This document shows positions 1 to 13,599 of a stretch of DNA of 64,000 bases, one piece after another. The notes beneath the pieces were generated by a model. The model ran no database searches and was not told where the DNA came from. It worked only from the letters and a program-made list of their open reading frames with translations. The position numbers and the translations under genes were made by a program. The stretch covers positions 10,728,001 through 10,792,000 of the forward strand of contig NC_045696.1 in NCBI RefSeq assembly GCF_009834535.1. The letters run 5' to 3'. Position 1 is the stretch's first letter; each line of letters begins with the position of its first letter. The stretch is from Camelus ferus (Eukaryota).

Positions 1-497
1 CTAACTTTTAGGGCCAAGATTTCAACTTGGGTCTGTATATTTTGAAAATTTTCATGCTTTTATGGCAACTCAGATGAAAGCATTATGTTTAGCTTTTAAG
101 TATCCTCGCTGATGAAATAAACAAATCAAATAAAAATGTAAATAAATAAAAGATTTACATTTATTTATTCTCATCAACTACCAACATATATAATGCTATA
201 TTTTAAGTAATGTCCATTGGCTGAATACTGGATATTGGATACCTTGCAAAGTGAAAGCAGGCGCTATCCGTGGTCCTCAGTCCTTTTGCTCTCTATGGTA
301 CCAACGGCTCAGCAGCTGCCCAAAGGCCTCCATTGCTGCAAGGTCAGACACAGATTATCTCACACTTTGGAGGCCAATTCAGAAGCAAGCCCAAGCTTAA
401 GACATTTTGATGTGAAGAATCCTCATCCTCTGTCCAAGAGAAGACACACAATTGATAATTAGAACCTGGAATTATTTCCTAGAATTACATATGGTGG

Positions 498-630
498 TTC
501 ATTCAATTAACCCATAAATATTTACTGAAGGCCTACTAAATGCCAGGTACCATTCCAACTTCTAGGGATAAAACAGTAATGAAATTAACACAATTCTTGC
601 CCTCATTGACCTAACATTCTAGCAAGTGAA
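498..630 (-). mobile_element. L2 LINE 3' end fragment
   Basis: ttcattcaatt...aaatatttactgaaggcctactaaatgccaggtac... is the reverse complement of the L2 3' terminus. Confidence 0.75.
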
Positions 631-814
631 GGAGTAACACCTCCAGGTCAATTTCAGGACAACAATACTGCAAAACTCAAAAGGGAAGAAAGTCTGAGGG
701 GACAGGTTATAAAGTGTGTCTAAATTTATTGAAACCCTCTAGCGGTGTCATAGCCCCCTCAGGATAGAATCATGGGGTGTTCCTGCCTGGTGGGTGCCCA
801 GCTCTAAGTCTTCC

Positions 815-1410
815 TTTATTGTTTGTTTATTAAGTTTTGTCTTACAGTAATATTCATACAAAAGTAGAGAGTATAATATAAAGAACTATCAAGTACTCAA
901 CAACCAGCTTTTATATATCAGTACAGTATCATCTTGCTTCATCCATACCTCCACCCATCACCCTCTTCTTAGATAATTTTGTAGTGACATTAAGTACCTT
1001 TATTTGCAAATATTTCAGTATGTGCCTCTATTAGATAACTGTTATTTAAAAAAAAATTACCCCAATAGTATATTGTACTTTAAAATAACATTTCTTCCTT
1101 AATATCTTTAAATTACTGTCATGTTCATATTTTCCTAGTTGTCTTACAGCTTTTAAATACATGGTTTGAATAAGCATCCAAAAAAGCCCCTACTTTGCAG
1201 TTTCTGAAATGACTTATAAATCTCTTTTATCTATGTGGGTTTCCTCCTCCTTCTTTTTCCTTATTTCTTTTTCTAAAATTTTTATTATTTTTGTTGAAGA
1301 AATTGGATCACTTATCCTATAGCATTTCCCACAGTCTGGATTTTGTTGATTGCAGCCCTATGGTGTCATTTAATGTCTTCTTCCATCCCTTGTATTTCTG
1401 TCCACTTGTA
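815..1410 (-). mobile_element. Old L1 3' UTR (L1MC4/L1MC5-like)
   Basis: aaaagtagagag...atatttcagtatgtgcctcta...ttccttaatatc...gtttgaataagcatcca resembles the L1MC 3' end. Confidence 0.65.
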
Positions 1411-2390
1411 TGTCCACATCTCTTCTGTCATTTTTTCTTTTATTCCTAGTTATTTTCTAAATTCTGCCACCTCTTTTTCCAAACTTCCTTTTCTCCAATC
1501 CCCTTAAATCTGAGGTGTTTTTTTTTTTTTTTAACTCTGAGGTATGTTGTTCTTTCATAGCTTCTATCATTTCCTTAATTTCCTTTAACTTATTCTGGAA
1601 TATTTGAAACATTCTGTGAACATTTCATCCTAGAAGGCGTTCATTGTCTGTAAGACTTTCATTCTACTTCTTTTCTTTTTCTTTCTCTTAAGTTAATTTT
1701 TATGGGTTTCCATCCCAGGGCTTTTCTGTTGTTCATTTTCTAAATGAAAAATTTCCTCTACTTTTAGGAGCCCAGGGAGTGCCAAGACAACCTTTCTATT
1801 TTAAAGGCTCTAGAGCTGTCTCTTCTGTTGTTTTCACAAAGATGTAAAACAAAAAGCTTCAAACTTTTTGAGAGCTGCCTCCTCTGCTCTGCACCCCTAT
1901 TTATCTGCATCTTTTTCCCTTGCCTCTAACTTCTGCTCAGGTGTTCCTTAATGCAAGGCTTCATATGAGAAGGGAGTGTGTTCACTTTGAGAGTGTAGGG
2001 GTCCCAAATCACCCCCACACCACCAGGCTTATTGGATCATGGCCCCACTGCACTTAACCACAGCAGGTTGTCAGAACCCTCTCCTGGTTTCAGCAGCTGT
2101 ATTCAGCTTGGCTTGCTGTGCCCTCCAGTTAATACCTACTGGTGATTTTGTGATTCCCCCATTCTCAGCATCTTCTGAGCCACAATTTTCTTTCCTTCTC
2201 TTTCCCAGCACTGATGCTGCTACCACACAGTTCTTGACTTTTAGATTCTTTGTCCAGACCTGTTAGTATTGGCCCGTAGGGGGATTCCGTCATCATTGTT
2301 GTAGACACTGTCCATGGTGCTTTAGCTTTGCTAGTCTAGTTGCTCTGTTTAGTGGGGAGATTTGAGAAGATTCTAAAACTACCCAATTAT
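1410..2390 (-). mobile_element. HAL1-like (HAL1b-type) 5' part, degraded
   Basis: T-rich antisense body ending in ...ttgctagtctagttgctctgtttagtggggagatttgagaagattctaaaacta, like the HAL1-family 5' end. Confidence 0.45.
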
Positions 2391-3039
2391 TTTTCATTCC
2401 TTCTTTGCCTCCTCTTGGTACCCACTGTGACATCTCAAGACAGTAGATGAGTGATCAGTTCAAATTAATTAGAAGTTTAACTCAATGAAATATTTGAACT
2501 CAGGGATGGGTTTTCTCACAGAGGCCATGACTCCTGCTTCATTTAGTGCTTTCAGGAAAGCACACAGCATGAGAAAAGTGGGCCAGGGATGATAAGGGAC
2601 AGCAGTTGGGTGGGCATGGCTGTTAGAACCCACCTAAAGGCCAAAATGTTGAGTTCTGCCTCTGATACCACCTCTGGCAAAGTTCTCAAGGAGAGAAAAA
2701 AATCACACAGGAAGTGAAGGGAAAACAGCACTAAAAACAAAAATTCTAGTGACCCACCTGGGAATGCCCCAATATTCAACATTTGCAGATTTGCATCGGC
2801 CTCCAGCTTTGTATTGTTGGGCAAGAACTGCACCACCTCCTTCCCACTCCCCCCACTCCCCTCCCCCACCTCTGCTGTTTCCTTGCACTTCCTGGGTGGT
2901 GCAGGGTTGTGATGTCTTGAATACCAAGAGTGAGGCTGAACATATGTGAACCTTTCCTAATCCTGCTAATCTTTCTTCAAAAAACCTTTCTCAAAGTGTA
3001 GGCAACATCCAGATTGTAAAAAGAGAGCCGGAGTGAGCC

Positions 3040-3390
3040 TGAGCATTTTAATGACAAGTAATCTTTGTCCAAGGGGGAGGGGGCGGCTAGCTCAGCTGGA
3101 GATGGAGCTGATGGACTACAGCAGGTAGAAATAACGGCCCGTATTACCTCCTGTAATCTCCACCATTCAGGGGCAGCTGAGGTCTGAATGCAGGAAGAAA
3201 TCGACTTTGCTTTTAAACTGGAGACTTTGCACCCACGACGACTATTAAGCGGTAATTAGTTGTGACACAGAATTACCAGCCCCACAATGGTAGAGGGAGC
3301 CTTGCAAGGCCTTTGAAGCTGATTAGAGAAACTGAATGGATGCTACTTGCAATTTTAAAAATCTGTTCCGATGTGAGCATGAGGTAAGAC
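3040..3390. promoter_or_regulatory. Candidate conserved enhancer
   Basis: Unique sequence with clustered TAAT/ATTA cores (ggtaattag), SOX-like ACAATG at 3284 and TCF/LEF CCTTTGAAG at 3310. Confidence 0.4.
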
Positions 3391-4479
3391 TTCCCTCCTT
3401 TCTGTCCCTTGCTGTCTCCCTACCACCTGACAAACAGTGAATGTCTCCAGAGTGAGGCTTTTTACAGCTGGGTGAATGTTCTCCCTGGGGCTAGTGTTCC
3501 TCGAGACAGATTAGATACCAATTGGTCCTTGGAATTTACCGAACCAAAGGGAGGTGACTTTGTAGATTCCACTGACAGAACAGAATCAGGGAGATTAACC
3601 AGGGCTACAAAAAAAAAAAAAAAAAAAGGAAAAGTATTTGGGGACCAGCTGAGGCAACCAATCACACACGGTTCTAGAATGGAAAATCAATAACAGACCC
3701 TGAGAAATATAAGCTCATAGAAACCAGCCTTGTCAAGAGGCAGACGTCTAGGGCTGGGAGAACAAAACACTTAGTCCCAACGAGATGGCTTTGCCAGTTA
3801 TGCAACCTCAGTGGAGCCTCTGGTCCTTGAGGATCCAGAGCCACAGTAGGGGAAAGAAAGACCTGGCTGCTGCTGCCCTGCCCACTGGGGCTCCTCCAGA
3901 TGGGAGCTTGACTGCAAAGCATCAGCCCCTCTGGAGATCTGCTGGTCCAGGTGGCGGAGGTGTTTCCCAGCCAATCGTGTCACATTGTTCATGTCTGCCT
4001 TTTATAAGATCTCTGCCAAGTGAGATAAAAGCTCTCAGGGGAGGAGTTTGGGGTTGTGAGGTTACTACCTGGATAGATTTGCTAGAAAAGCCAGGTAAAA
4101 TAATTAAATAAACTTCATGAATTGTCCCACTTCTCCTTTAGAGAACAAGGTTAATGTTTCAAATAGCTGTGGATTCACTTTAGGTTTTGTATATCTGTGT
4201 CTGTGGCTACATTTGTCATACTCTGTAATTAAACATAAATAATCAATAGGTATATGGATAAATATTATATAATATAAAACTTCTGTATAGTTCAAATATA
4301 TATTGAGAGAAAAAGGGGGAGATTGCTGTAATTATTTTAATATATATGTATAAAATTAAGGCACCTCCTCACTGTCCTTTAAGTAAATGGGCCTCCCTCA
4401 CACAGGTAAAGGACTTTTTTCACCTGATGCTGGCCCTTGAGCCATGTAAGAATGCAGCTGCTATCTCCGTTTTCCAAAT

Positions 4480-4562
4480 GACTTGCTGTGTAACATGAGA
4501 AAGGACCATACCTCTGGGGGGCTCAGTGTCCCAGTCTGTAAAGTAGAGGGGATTAACCAGTC
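4480..4562 (+). mobile_element. MIR core fragment
   Basis: cttgctgtgtaacatgag...cctctggggggctcagtgtcccagtctgtaaagtagagg. Confidence 0.6.
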
Positions 4563-5471
4563 CACCGGAATGATGATGATACAGTGGAGCCTTCAACACC
4601 TTGTTTACTAATCCACTCAGATGCCATTAGGAGTCTTGTGTTTTGATCAAGGCCGATTGTTTCACATTTTGCCAGGAGAAAGGACTTCAGTTTCTGCTTC
4701 TGCCTGAAATTGCATTTCTAGTAAAATCTCTTGGTCTTGGGCCATTTCTGTGAACTTCAGATGGCAGTCATAGTGTTGGTATTTTTGTTGAGTTTCTTGG
4801 GTGATACGCACCCAGTTCAGCCATCGTAACCAATCAGGTCACAACGTCCACGGTTAAGTTTACATGTCATCAAAAAGAGATTAAATTCCAGAGCTTGGAG
4901 CATGGCTTCCCAGTCAGAAATGAAAGGATATGCATTTGGAGAAATATGGAACAACACACTGGGGAAGAGGGAATAATGTATCTGGAGAGTCAGAAACCCA
5001 GAGTCCTAACTTGGGCTGTTCTTTTCTTAACTCTGAGCCTTCACATTGTTTGTTGACAATTGTCAAAAAGTTGGTCCCTCTGTTAATAACAGATATATTA
5101 TCATGTATATTCACTATTGAAGAATGGGACTGTGATTCTCATAGTCATTGATCTGTTTTGTATGCTGTTTTAAAAGCTTGTAATGTAGGTTTACGGTGGG
5201 CTGGCTACAAGAGAACTAAAACTTTTCACCTTTAAAAAATGGAATAAAATGGAGATTATGATGGACTATTATGAGAATCATAGGAAATAATATAGGTAAT
5301 AGCATTTCACAGAATCCAAAGTAAAACATAATCATCTGAACTCAGTCCTAGATGAAACTCATTTACATACTGCAATCATTTTGTAGTAGAAATGGTTCCT
5401 GACTGGAAAACAGGTTGTATGTATAAAAATACAGATTTTCAGGTGGATTTATAATTTCAGAAGATGAATAA

Positions 5472-5590
5472 GTATAAACACTTTGAGGGCAAGATACCGA
5501 TCTCATCTTTGTATCTCCAGCACCTAATTCAGCACCTGGATTGCAGTCATGTGCTTATAAATATTTGTAGAAAGGAAGGAAGGAAGGAGA
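5472..5590 (+). mobile_element. L2 3' end with (GGAA)n tail
   Basis: tttgagggcaaga...ttgtatctccagcacct...ataaatatttgtagaaaggaagg. Confidence 0.65.
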
Positions 5591-6384
5591 GAGAGAGGGA
5601 GAGAGAAATGGAATAACTTTGATGCCCCATATGGTCTTTAAATAAACAAATCTTTTGTTTTAAAGCCCATAAAGAAATTCTATAGGGAAAAAAATCCTAA
5701 AAGAGTATCAAACTGAACAATGTCATTTGAGATTAAAAATTCTCTATGTCAATAAACACTATATAATTTTATAGCTGTGAATAGTTCACCCATACTTTCT
5801 AGTTATACTTTATTTTAAATTGTAAAGATAATCTGGAATTGTCCTACATATTTGAAAGAAAAAAAACCCCAACCAATGAGAAAGTGTACAAAGTAAAAAG
5901 TACAAGTTCCCTTTCTCCCACCACTAGATCCCAAACGCCTCCTCTTAGGAAAATCCTGCTAACAGTTTGAGAAATAAAACATCTTTTTATTGGCTTTGCT
6001 CATCTTATACCTGTCTCTGAAAAAGGGAATTGGAGGGGCTTATGAGGGGCATGCATGAATTCACTAAGACAACTAAAAGAGAAATAAAAAATGGGAAGTT
6101 CTGTTTGGAGAGGAAACTAATAATAATAGAATTTAGGTGAATGTAATTAACATGTGTTATCATTCACTCAACACATTAACTGACCTAGGTGCTAGGTAAT
6201 TGGATCATGGTGGTAAACAAAATAGAATGCCAGTGGGGGAATCAAACATCAAACCAATGACTAACCAAATGTAAGTGAATTTAAGTTTAAATACTTCTTC
6301 TCAAACCATCCTTTTATTTTTCACTTATGTTTTATTTTCTTTATTGGTTTCCTTTGTTTTATTATTTCTAGTCCTCTGCTTCCT

Positions 6385-6570
6385 TTTTTTTTTTTTTTTT
6401 TAGCTTTTTATTTTAAAAAATTTCAGACTTTCAGGAATGTTGGGAAAACAGTACAGGAGAGTTTCTATATATCCTTCATTTAGGTTCCCCAAATATTAAT
6501 ATTTGATCACATTTTCTTAATCATTTTCTTTTTCTCTTTAAATAAATTCTGGGCTGTTGGAGAGTAAGTA
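6385..6570 (-). mobile_element. Old L1 3' terminus with polyT
   Basis: polyT followed by ttttattttaaaaaatttcagactt...acagtacaggagag...tccccaaatattaatatttg. Confidence 0.55.
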
Positions 6571-7539
6571 GCATCTACTTTATCTTGACTCAATGTCTTT
6601 TCTGATGATTGTGTTCAGAAATTTCTTTGCTACTCAGGTATTAAATTTAAATTACTTTAATTTCTGATATACTTTTAAATTTTAAAATTTGATTGCTTTG
6701 AAATCTAATATGATGATGTACATATATATTTCTACCTTTTGGCATTTGCTAAGTAATTAAATGGCAGAATGTTGTCATCTTTTGTGAAAGCATTCTTTTT
6801 TTTAAAGAAGATTGAGGGAAACATGTGTTGCTTTGTTCTCCATTTGGCTCTTTCTATATACATGTCAGTTTTGTCTTACTCTGATTTCTAAAATTAATTA
6901 TTTGCCTATTTGTTTTTATTTTCTTGGGATGTTTCAGTCAACCATAGGTATATTTCAGTTTACACTTTTCCTTATATTTATTTTTATTTTATTTATATAC
7001 ATCTTGTTAATATGCTGTTTGGCACATATAAATTAAATATTTTTAGGTGTCCAATGTTGAAAGCATCTTGATTGTTATTAGTGTTCTTGTTTTCTGTGAA
7101 AAATGCTTTATTTGACTACATAAATTATAGTAATTGCCATGTAAGAATTGCTGCAACACACTGTGTATGAATTAAACCACCTCCCATGTTAATCAACAAC
7201 GTCAAACTGCAATTGTGGGCAGTCAGAGAAAAATGCATCTCAGAGAGATAAAAAGAATAAAAAGATGTGACAGCAGTTTAGCAATCCGAAAAACTGATTG
7301 AGAGGCTCCAACTTTGGAAATAGGTGGAAAATTCAGGTGGGAACGTTCACAATTAAAGAGAGACACAAATCCTCAGCCCCAAGTGTACAGTAAATGCTGT
7401 GCCAAAATCCACCCATCAGTAAATCCCCACTTAAGCCTAATGTAATGAAATGCAGATATACAGAGAAGGGTCTTAACAAGATTTTAGAAAGAAGACAAAT
7501 TGGAATAAAACTGATAGTTGATTTCTCTTTATTGTCAAA

Positions 7540-8560
7540 GAATATTCCATTGTATGGATACACAATTTACTGTATCTGTGGATCAGCTGACAGACATTTG
7601 GATTGTCTGCACTCTTTGGCTTTTATGAATAATGCTGCTAGGAACACTTGTACACAAGTTTTTTTGTGTGTGTGGAAATGTGTTTTCATTTCTCTTGGGT
7701 ACATACTGAGAAGTGGACTTGCTGGTCATATGGTAACTCTATCTTTAGCCATTTAAGGAATCATCAGACTGTTTTCCAAAGCAGCAGCACCATTTCTTAG
7801 TCCCAACAAGCAGTGTAGGAGGGTTCCAATTTTCCCACGTCCTCACCAACACTTGCTGTTACGTCTTTTAATCTAACCATCCTAGTGGGCATGAAGAGGT
7901 ATCTCACTGTGGTTTTGATTTGCCATTTCCCTGATGGTCAATGATGTTGAGCATCTTTTCGTGTATTTACTGGCCATTCATATATCTTCTTTGGAAAAAT
8001 ACATTAATTTCTTAGGGTGACTGTAACAAAGAACTACAACTGGGTGGCTTAAAACAATAGAAATGTGTTCTTTCACAGCGCTGGAGGCTAGAAGTCTGAG
8101 ATCAAAGAGTCAGCAAGGTTGGTTCCTTCTGAGGACTCTGTGGAGCATCTGTCCCATATCTTTCTCCAAGCTCTGATGGTGGCCAGCAATTCTTGGCATT
8201 CCTTGGCTTGTCACTCTGTTCTCTGCCTCTGTCTTCACACGGCCTTCTCCCCATGTCTGTGTCTTCGCTGTTTTCTTATAGGGACACCAGTCGTATTGGA
8301 TTAAGGCCCATCCTACTCCTGTTGGACCTCATCTTGACAATTGCATCAATAACAACCCTATTATCAATGAAGGTCACATTTTGAGGTACTGGGGGGTAGA
8401 ATTTCAACATATATTTTTGGAGGGACACAATTCAGCCCATAACAAATATCTATTCAGGTTCTTTACCTATTTTTAATTGAGTTATTTGTCTTTTTATTAT
8501 TAAATTGCATTAGTTCTTTGTATATTCTAGATGTAAATTCCTTACCAGATACTATGATTT
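7540..8560 (-). mobile_element. L1 (L1MB/L1M-type) ORF2 3' region, interrupted by an MLT1 LTR
   Basis: Typical antisense L1 text (aatattccattgtatgg..., gtatctcactgtggttttgatttgc...); breaks at ~8000 and resumes at 8445 (aatatctattcagg). Confidence 0.85.
8000..8444 (-). mobile_element. MaLR solo LTR (MLT1B/C-like)
   Basis: Starts ...ttaatttcttagggtgactgtaacaaa...tgggtggcttaaaacaatagaaat and ends gggacacaattcagcccataaca. Confidence 0.85.
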
Positions 8561-8564
8561 GTGT

Positions 8565-8867
8565 CTTCTACATTGGTTAGTTGGCATTGTATCATAAAGA
8601 AAAACTTTCCCTTCATTTATTTAGTTACTCATTTATTTATATCAGTTTATATGTTTTAATCAATAGATAGCAATCTGGTAATATTGTTACTTAGTTTGAC
8701 CCTCAATTGTCCTAGCTTTGGCTGCTGGGAGTGGGTTCAAGCTGATTTCTGTTTCCTTAATTCTTTGAGGATTTAATTACTTTGTGGCATTAGGAGATGT
8801 TTCAGGCTCATTTATACTTTCTCTGTCCCAGCCCAGAATTGCTCATTCTGCACAGAACTTTTGTGGG

Positions 8868-8898
<31 letters not shown>

Positions 8899-9310
8899 TT
8901 TTTTGCTTTTTTTTTTTTGATGTAGGAGTATTTACAAACCAGGATCTAGGAGCTCAGTGGGTTCATTGTTATTAGGGTGTCATTGTCTCAGGGGAAAGGG
9001 TTAGTAAATGTACAAACGTGTGAGGGCACACATACATCTATAAAAGTTTCCATATCTAACTGTATATGTGCGCATATAATATACATACAGATTATAGGAT
9101 ATATTCGTGAATATAATACATAATATATATTAAAATTATTTTAAAATGGTAGTTCTAATTCTAATCCAACACCTCAGAGTTCTTTCTAGCCTCCTCCCTA
9201 ACATCCTTTTAAATCCTTTCTTTGACAGTGAGAAACCAGCTTCCCACTATTCTCAATATATTTGCTTAATCATTTAACTTATTTGTTTAATGTAACCAGT
9301 CTCTAAACTA
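8565..9310 (-). mobile_element. Old L1 3' UTR (L1MC4/5-like)
   Basis: ctcaattgtcctagctttggc..., gatgtttcaggctcatttatac..., gtatttacaaaccaggatctagg. Confidence 0.65.
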
Positions 9311-9719
9311 CTTTGGCTACTTTCCCTGCCTACCACCTCCATCTCCCCCACCCCTAGAGCCTGGTATCTTGGACACTAGCAAGGTGCTGCTGCCACCTCC
9401 ACTTGGGAGGGGAAGGGAAGACAGACGAGGAAGAGGATGGGAAGAGAAGGGGACCTAATATCCTCTGTATAAGGACGCAGGTGACAAATGTCAACTGGAT
9501 TTCAATGACAGGAAAAAAAAATGGATAGTTTCAGTTTATTTTACAGTAAACTTGGGGCCCAGCCTGATTTTCTGTTTGCTTGGAATGACACTTGCCCCCT
9601 ACGCTCTCTGCCCAGTGGACCACTAGTCATGAATCAAGACTTGGCTTATCATTGCCGAAGTGGTGCTTTCTCTAGGTTGGTCCCACCACCCTTGCTTTTA
9701 TAAGGCAGGAGGCACCAGA

Positions 9720-10270
9720 AACAAAGTTAAAAGACAAATTACCAACTGGAAAAAACTCTTGCAACATATGGGAAAAAGTGATAGCAATTTTGATAAATCA
9801 CCTCAATAGAATAATGGACAGAGGATATAAACAAAACATGAGAAAACATGTTTATCTTCTCTTTTAATCAACTGAACACAGATGAAAATGGGACCTCATT
9901 TTTTTCTTGTAGGATGCCCATGATGACAAAAAGTGATGTTGACATGACCGATGAGGGTTTGGAGAAATGGTCTCATAAGCTCTAGTGGAAATATCTTTTC
10001 AACTAATCTTTCTGGATTAAAACCTAGCAATATTGTATGTCTTTTGATTCAGTAACTCTCTCTCTTAGGAAGCTACTTAAAGGAAATAATAAGATGGGTA
10101 TTAAAATATATATATGTATGTGTATATAAGGATGTTCATTGCATCATTGTTTATAATATCAAAATTTGGAAAATGTAAATATTCATCATTAGGAATTTAA
10201 TCCAATAAATAATGATAGGATGGAAGATAATACAGCCCTTGACCAAGCAAAGATGGAAACTTATGCATCG
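9720..10270 (+). mobile_element. Ancient L1 (L1ME-type) fragment
   Basis: gagggtttggagaaatgg..., ttttgattcagtaactc...aaggaaataat, aaggatgttcattgcatcattgtttataat. Confidence 0.6.
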
Positions 10271-11407
10271 ATACAGAGAACCAAATTCTGTTTTATTCAT
10301 AACCAAAAAACCCGCTTGTATAATACTATCCATGTGCTAGCTGCTGTTGTAAATTTATTACAGATATTAACTTACTCACTGCTCACAACAGCCCTGTGGG
10401 GCATACAAAACTCGAGAGTCCTTGTTCCTGAGCACCACAGACCGCTGCTAATGAAACAAAACAAAACAGACAAGGCATTTCCTGATAAAATATATAGAGA
10501 ATGAAATCTATGAAGCTTTCAACAGTGGTTCTTTCTGGAACTTGAGATTAGTTTCCATCAATCACATATTATCAATAAAGCCAAATTATTTAGTCAATTG
10601 AAAAATAAGCTTGAGGAAGAGCGAGGAAGAGTGAAGGTCACTCAGACCGCCCTGCTCTGCTCCTCTGAAGCTTATCTTTCGGGTGCCCCAGGGCAGGTGG
10701 GCCCATGTCATTTGCTGGGGCAGTGAGCCCCTTACATTCTAGCTCCTGTCCTGCTGACAGGCCCTCTTGACCCTGCACCATCCCCATGTGCCCTCTGCTT
10801 TGCTTCGCCAAGGAGTTCAGAAAAGACACGCCTTAGGTGAGACAAGTGAAAGTAGGAAGCTGACCAAGAATATGCCACAATGTGATGCACAGCACCAAAT
10901 AGGGAGCCAGGAGATGTGGGTGCTCTTAGCTGGCTGGCTGATACCTCCCAGGATCAGCTTCTTACGAGGAGATGAATGGGTCTCCAGCATCTCGTGGACT
11001 CTCAGGAAAAAACTCACTGGTGAGGCTACAAAAATCAGTGTGTAGATGAAGCACAGAGCACCATGCCTTGTGTGGGGCAGGTGGGAAATGAGGGGCAGTC
11101 ATTGTCATCACTGTTATTCTTACCTGTTGGTGATGGGAGGGTGAGGGCAGGTGGACCACAGGAGGGGCACAGATCTGGAGTTTGTGCACTTTAGGAAATA
11201 TCCTCAGCTGCTCAGGCCCCAAGGGCTGAGACTCAGGATTTGAATTTTCTGGAGCCAAATATCAAGGTATTGTATGATAGAGATCCAAGCCAAGAAAACC
11301 AGAAATAAGCCAGCAAATACTGAAGACTTTCACATTGTACAAAATGAGAGCACTGACATTCGCAGGACAGTTCCTTCCTTCCTAATCATGCTAGACTATC
11401 ATTTTAC

Positions 11408-11580
11408 TGATAACTAATATTTAGTGTGTATTTGCTCTACTCCAGCCCCTGCTCTGAGCACTTCATATTATTTTATTTCACCCTCTCAGCAATGCCCTGA
11501 AGTAAGTACTCTTTCCATCTCCATGTTACAGGTGAGGAAACTGAGGCACAGAGAAGTTACTTAACTCGTCCAGCCTCAGA
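11408..11580 (-). mobile_element. MIR SINE
   Basis: Core ttacaggtgaggaaactgaggcacagagaagttacttaact. Confidence 0.85.
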
Positions 11581-11718
11581 TTTTTGACATTCTCTCAGGG
11601 ACCCTGTCGACAGGCCCCGTGATCTGGTTTCACAAGCTGATAGAAACAGCAAAGCAGAATGAAGGCAGCTTGCTCCCACTGGCAAAAGTGACGGCTGAGG
11701 GACACAGTGAAGTTGTAA

Positions 11719-11845
11719 AAAGCAACAAGGTCCTACGGCACAGCACACGGAACTATATTCAATGTCCTGTAATAAACCATAATGGAAAAAATACGAAAAA
11801 GAATGTATATATGTGTGCGTGTGTGTGTGTGTGTGTGTGTATATA

Positions 11846-11901
<56 letters not shown>

Positions 11902-11982
11902 ACTTTGCTGTACACCAGAAACTAACACAACATTGTAAATCAACTATACTTCAATACAATTTTATTTTGATTAAAAAAAAAA
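11719..11982 (+). mobile_element. Artiodactyl-type L1 3' end with internal (TG)n(TA)n microsatellite and polyA
   Basis: aacaaggtcctac...ggaactatattcaat...cactttgctgtacaccagaaactaacacaacattgtaaatcaactatacttcaat followed by an A tail; microsatellite at ~11806-11898. Confidence 0.85.
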
Positions 11983-12225
11983 GGCAGGCACCAGACCTTC
12001 CAAACCAGCATGGCCTGGGTCGTGCCGCTTGGGGACACAGTCACTGAAAGAAAAATTGGCCCACGGCTGCCTTTTGCTGAGTGGTTTCCAGAACATTTTC
12101 ATTCTGTTTCATTTGACCCTGAGTCAACGAAGTTCAATCCAATTTGGTTCTTCTGTTTAAAACCACGGATGTGTGCCGTATAGTCAAGGAAGGGTGACTG
12201 ATATTTTTGAGAACTTGTTGTTTTA

Positions 12226-12332
12226 TTTAATTTTAAATTTTTTTAAAATGGAAGTACTGAAGATTGAACCCAGGACCTCCTGCATGCGAAGCACGCACTC
12301 TACCACTGAGTTATACTCCTCTCTGTCCCCCA
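12226..12332 (-). mobile_element. tRNA-derived camelid SINE (vic-1-like), short form
   Basis: Antisense A and B boxes; exact 16-bp TSD agaacttgttgtttta at 12210-12225 and 12333-12348. Confidence 0.9.
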
Positions 12333-12576
12333 AGAACTTGTTGTTTTAAAAGAGTTAAAAAAGTTATCTATTACCCCAGAAATTAATTTAGGTAAACAAC
12401 ATCATGCAGGTGCCAGGTTCCGAGGTGCCCGACATGTATGCAGTGATGTCATTCTTGGTCCATGGCCGGCACAATTTGATATTACCACGTTACACAGAGA
12501 GAGTTAAATTAAGGGTGAGAAACTCATTTTTGTGAAAATTGCTCCTCCCTCATTCTTAGCTATGAATGGTGGCCCG

Positions 12577-12660
12577 TCCTTCCTTCCTTCCTTCCTTCCT
12601 TCCTTCCTTCCTTCCTTCCTTCCTTCCTTCTTTCTCTCTCTCTCCCTTCCTTTCTTTTTC
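12577..12660. repeat. (CCTT)n microsatellite grading into a CT-rich tract
   Basis: Directly visible. Confidence 0.95.
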
Positions 12661-13155
12661 AAAACTAGTCAATAAACAATCTGTAATAGAAATAGAAAAC
12701 ACTTTTATCTGAGCCAAATAAGGACTATAGCCCAGAAGACAGCCTCTCAGATAACTCTGAGGAACTGCTCCGGAGAAGCACGGTTTTCATCTTGTCAGAA
12801 CAAGGAACATCAAACAAGGCAGGGATACATTCCTTCAAGGGTTAAAAAAAAAAAAAAAAAAAAGATCAGTACATACACAGCGAGTCAGTATGGCCTTGGC
12901 GCCTGGGAAGGGAGTCTGATCATTGAAGGAGGACCAGCACTGGCGTCCCAGGAAGGGAGGCACTTAATCTTTATTGTTAACGTGGACACTCTTCACCTCT
13001 GGTCCATGTGTTTTTTCTTTAATAATTAAAGCAGATATACAATGTATGTTTGATAGGCCACAAACAGGTTGGTTAGTTAGCATAAAATTTGAGTTAATGT
13101 CTGCATAAGCCAGAATGACTTCCCAGACCTCAATGCATGTACATTTCTGTCAGCA
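12660..13155 (-). mobile_element. ERV1-type solo LTR (ungulate lineage)
   Basis: ggactatagcccagaagacagcctctcagataactctgaggaactgctccg resembles the antisense U5 of ungulate ERV1 LTRs; ends ...tgtcagca; no clean TSD seen. Confidence 0.6.
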
Positions 13156-13199
13156 CTTTCTTTCACCCAGCTTGACCAGTTGTTAACATTTTGCCACAT

Positions 13200-13337
13200 T
13201 TCCTTTCTCATTCATTCTCTTTTCCTCTCTCTCTCTCTCCTTCCCTTCCTTTCTCCCTCCCTCTCTTCCTCTCTCCCTCTTTCTGTCTCTCTCTTTCTTT
13301 CCTGTTTCCCTCCCTCCCTCCTTCCCTCCTTTCCTTT
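13200..13337. repeat. CT-rich polypyrimidine low-complexity tract
   Basis: Directly visible. Confidence 0.9.
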
Positions 13338-13599
13338 GGATGACACCTAAGGCTGGAGCCTGGCAGATGACAATGCAAGAAAAGGTGGGTGTTGGGCCAT
13401 GAAGGACCTGACTTAGCAAACATATGAGATGTTAGGGTCCCGTTCCACCTGCTCCTGCCTCTCCTTGAAGGCAAACCATGGGACCTCTTGGACCATGCTC
13501 CAGCCCATTAGCTCAGACTCCAGATTCCCCAGCAGCTCCATCCCAGACCCAGAGGGGAGGGACTGTCCAGCACCCAGTCTCTTCTAGGCTCTCCCCCAT

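Noticed and set aside
11557..12047. ORFs with YIYI/CVCV/HTHT runs
   Set aside because: Translations of the (TG)n(TA)n microsatellite inside an L1 tail.
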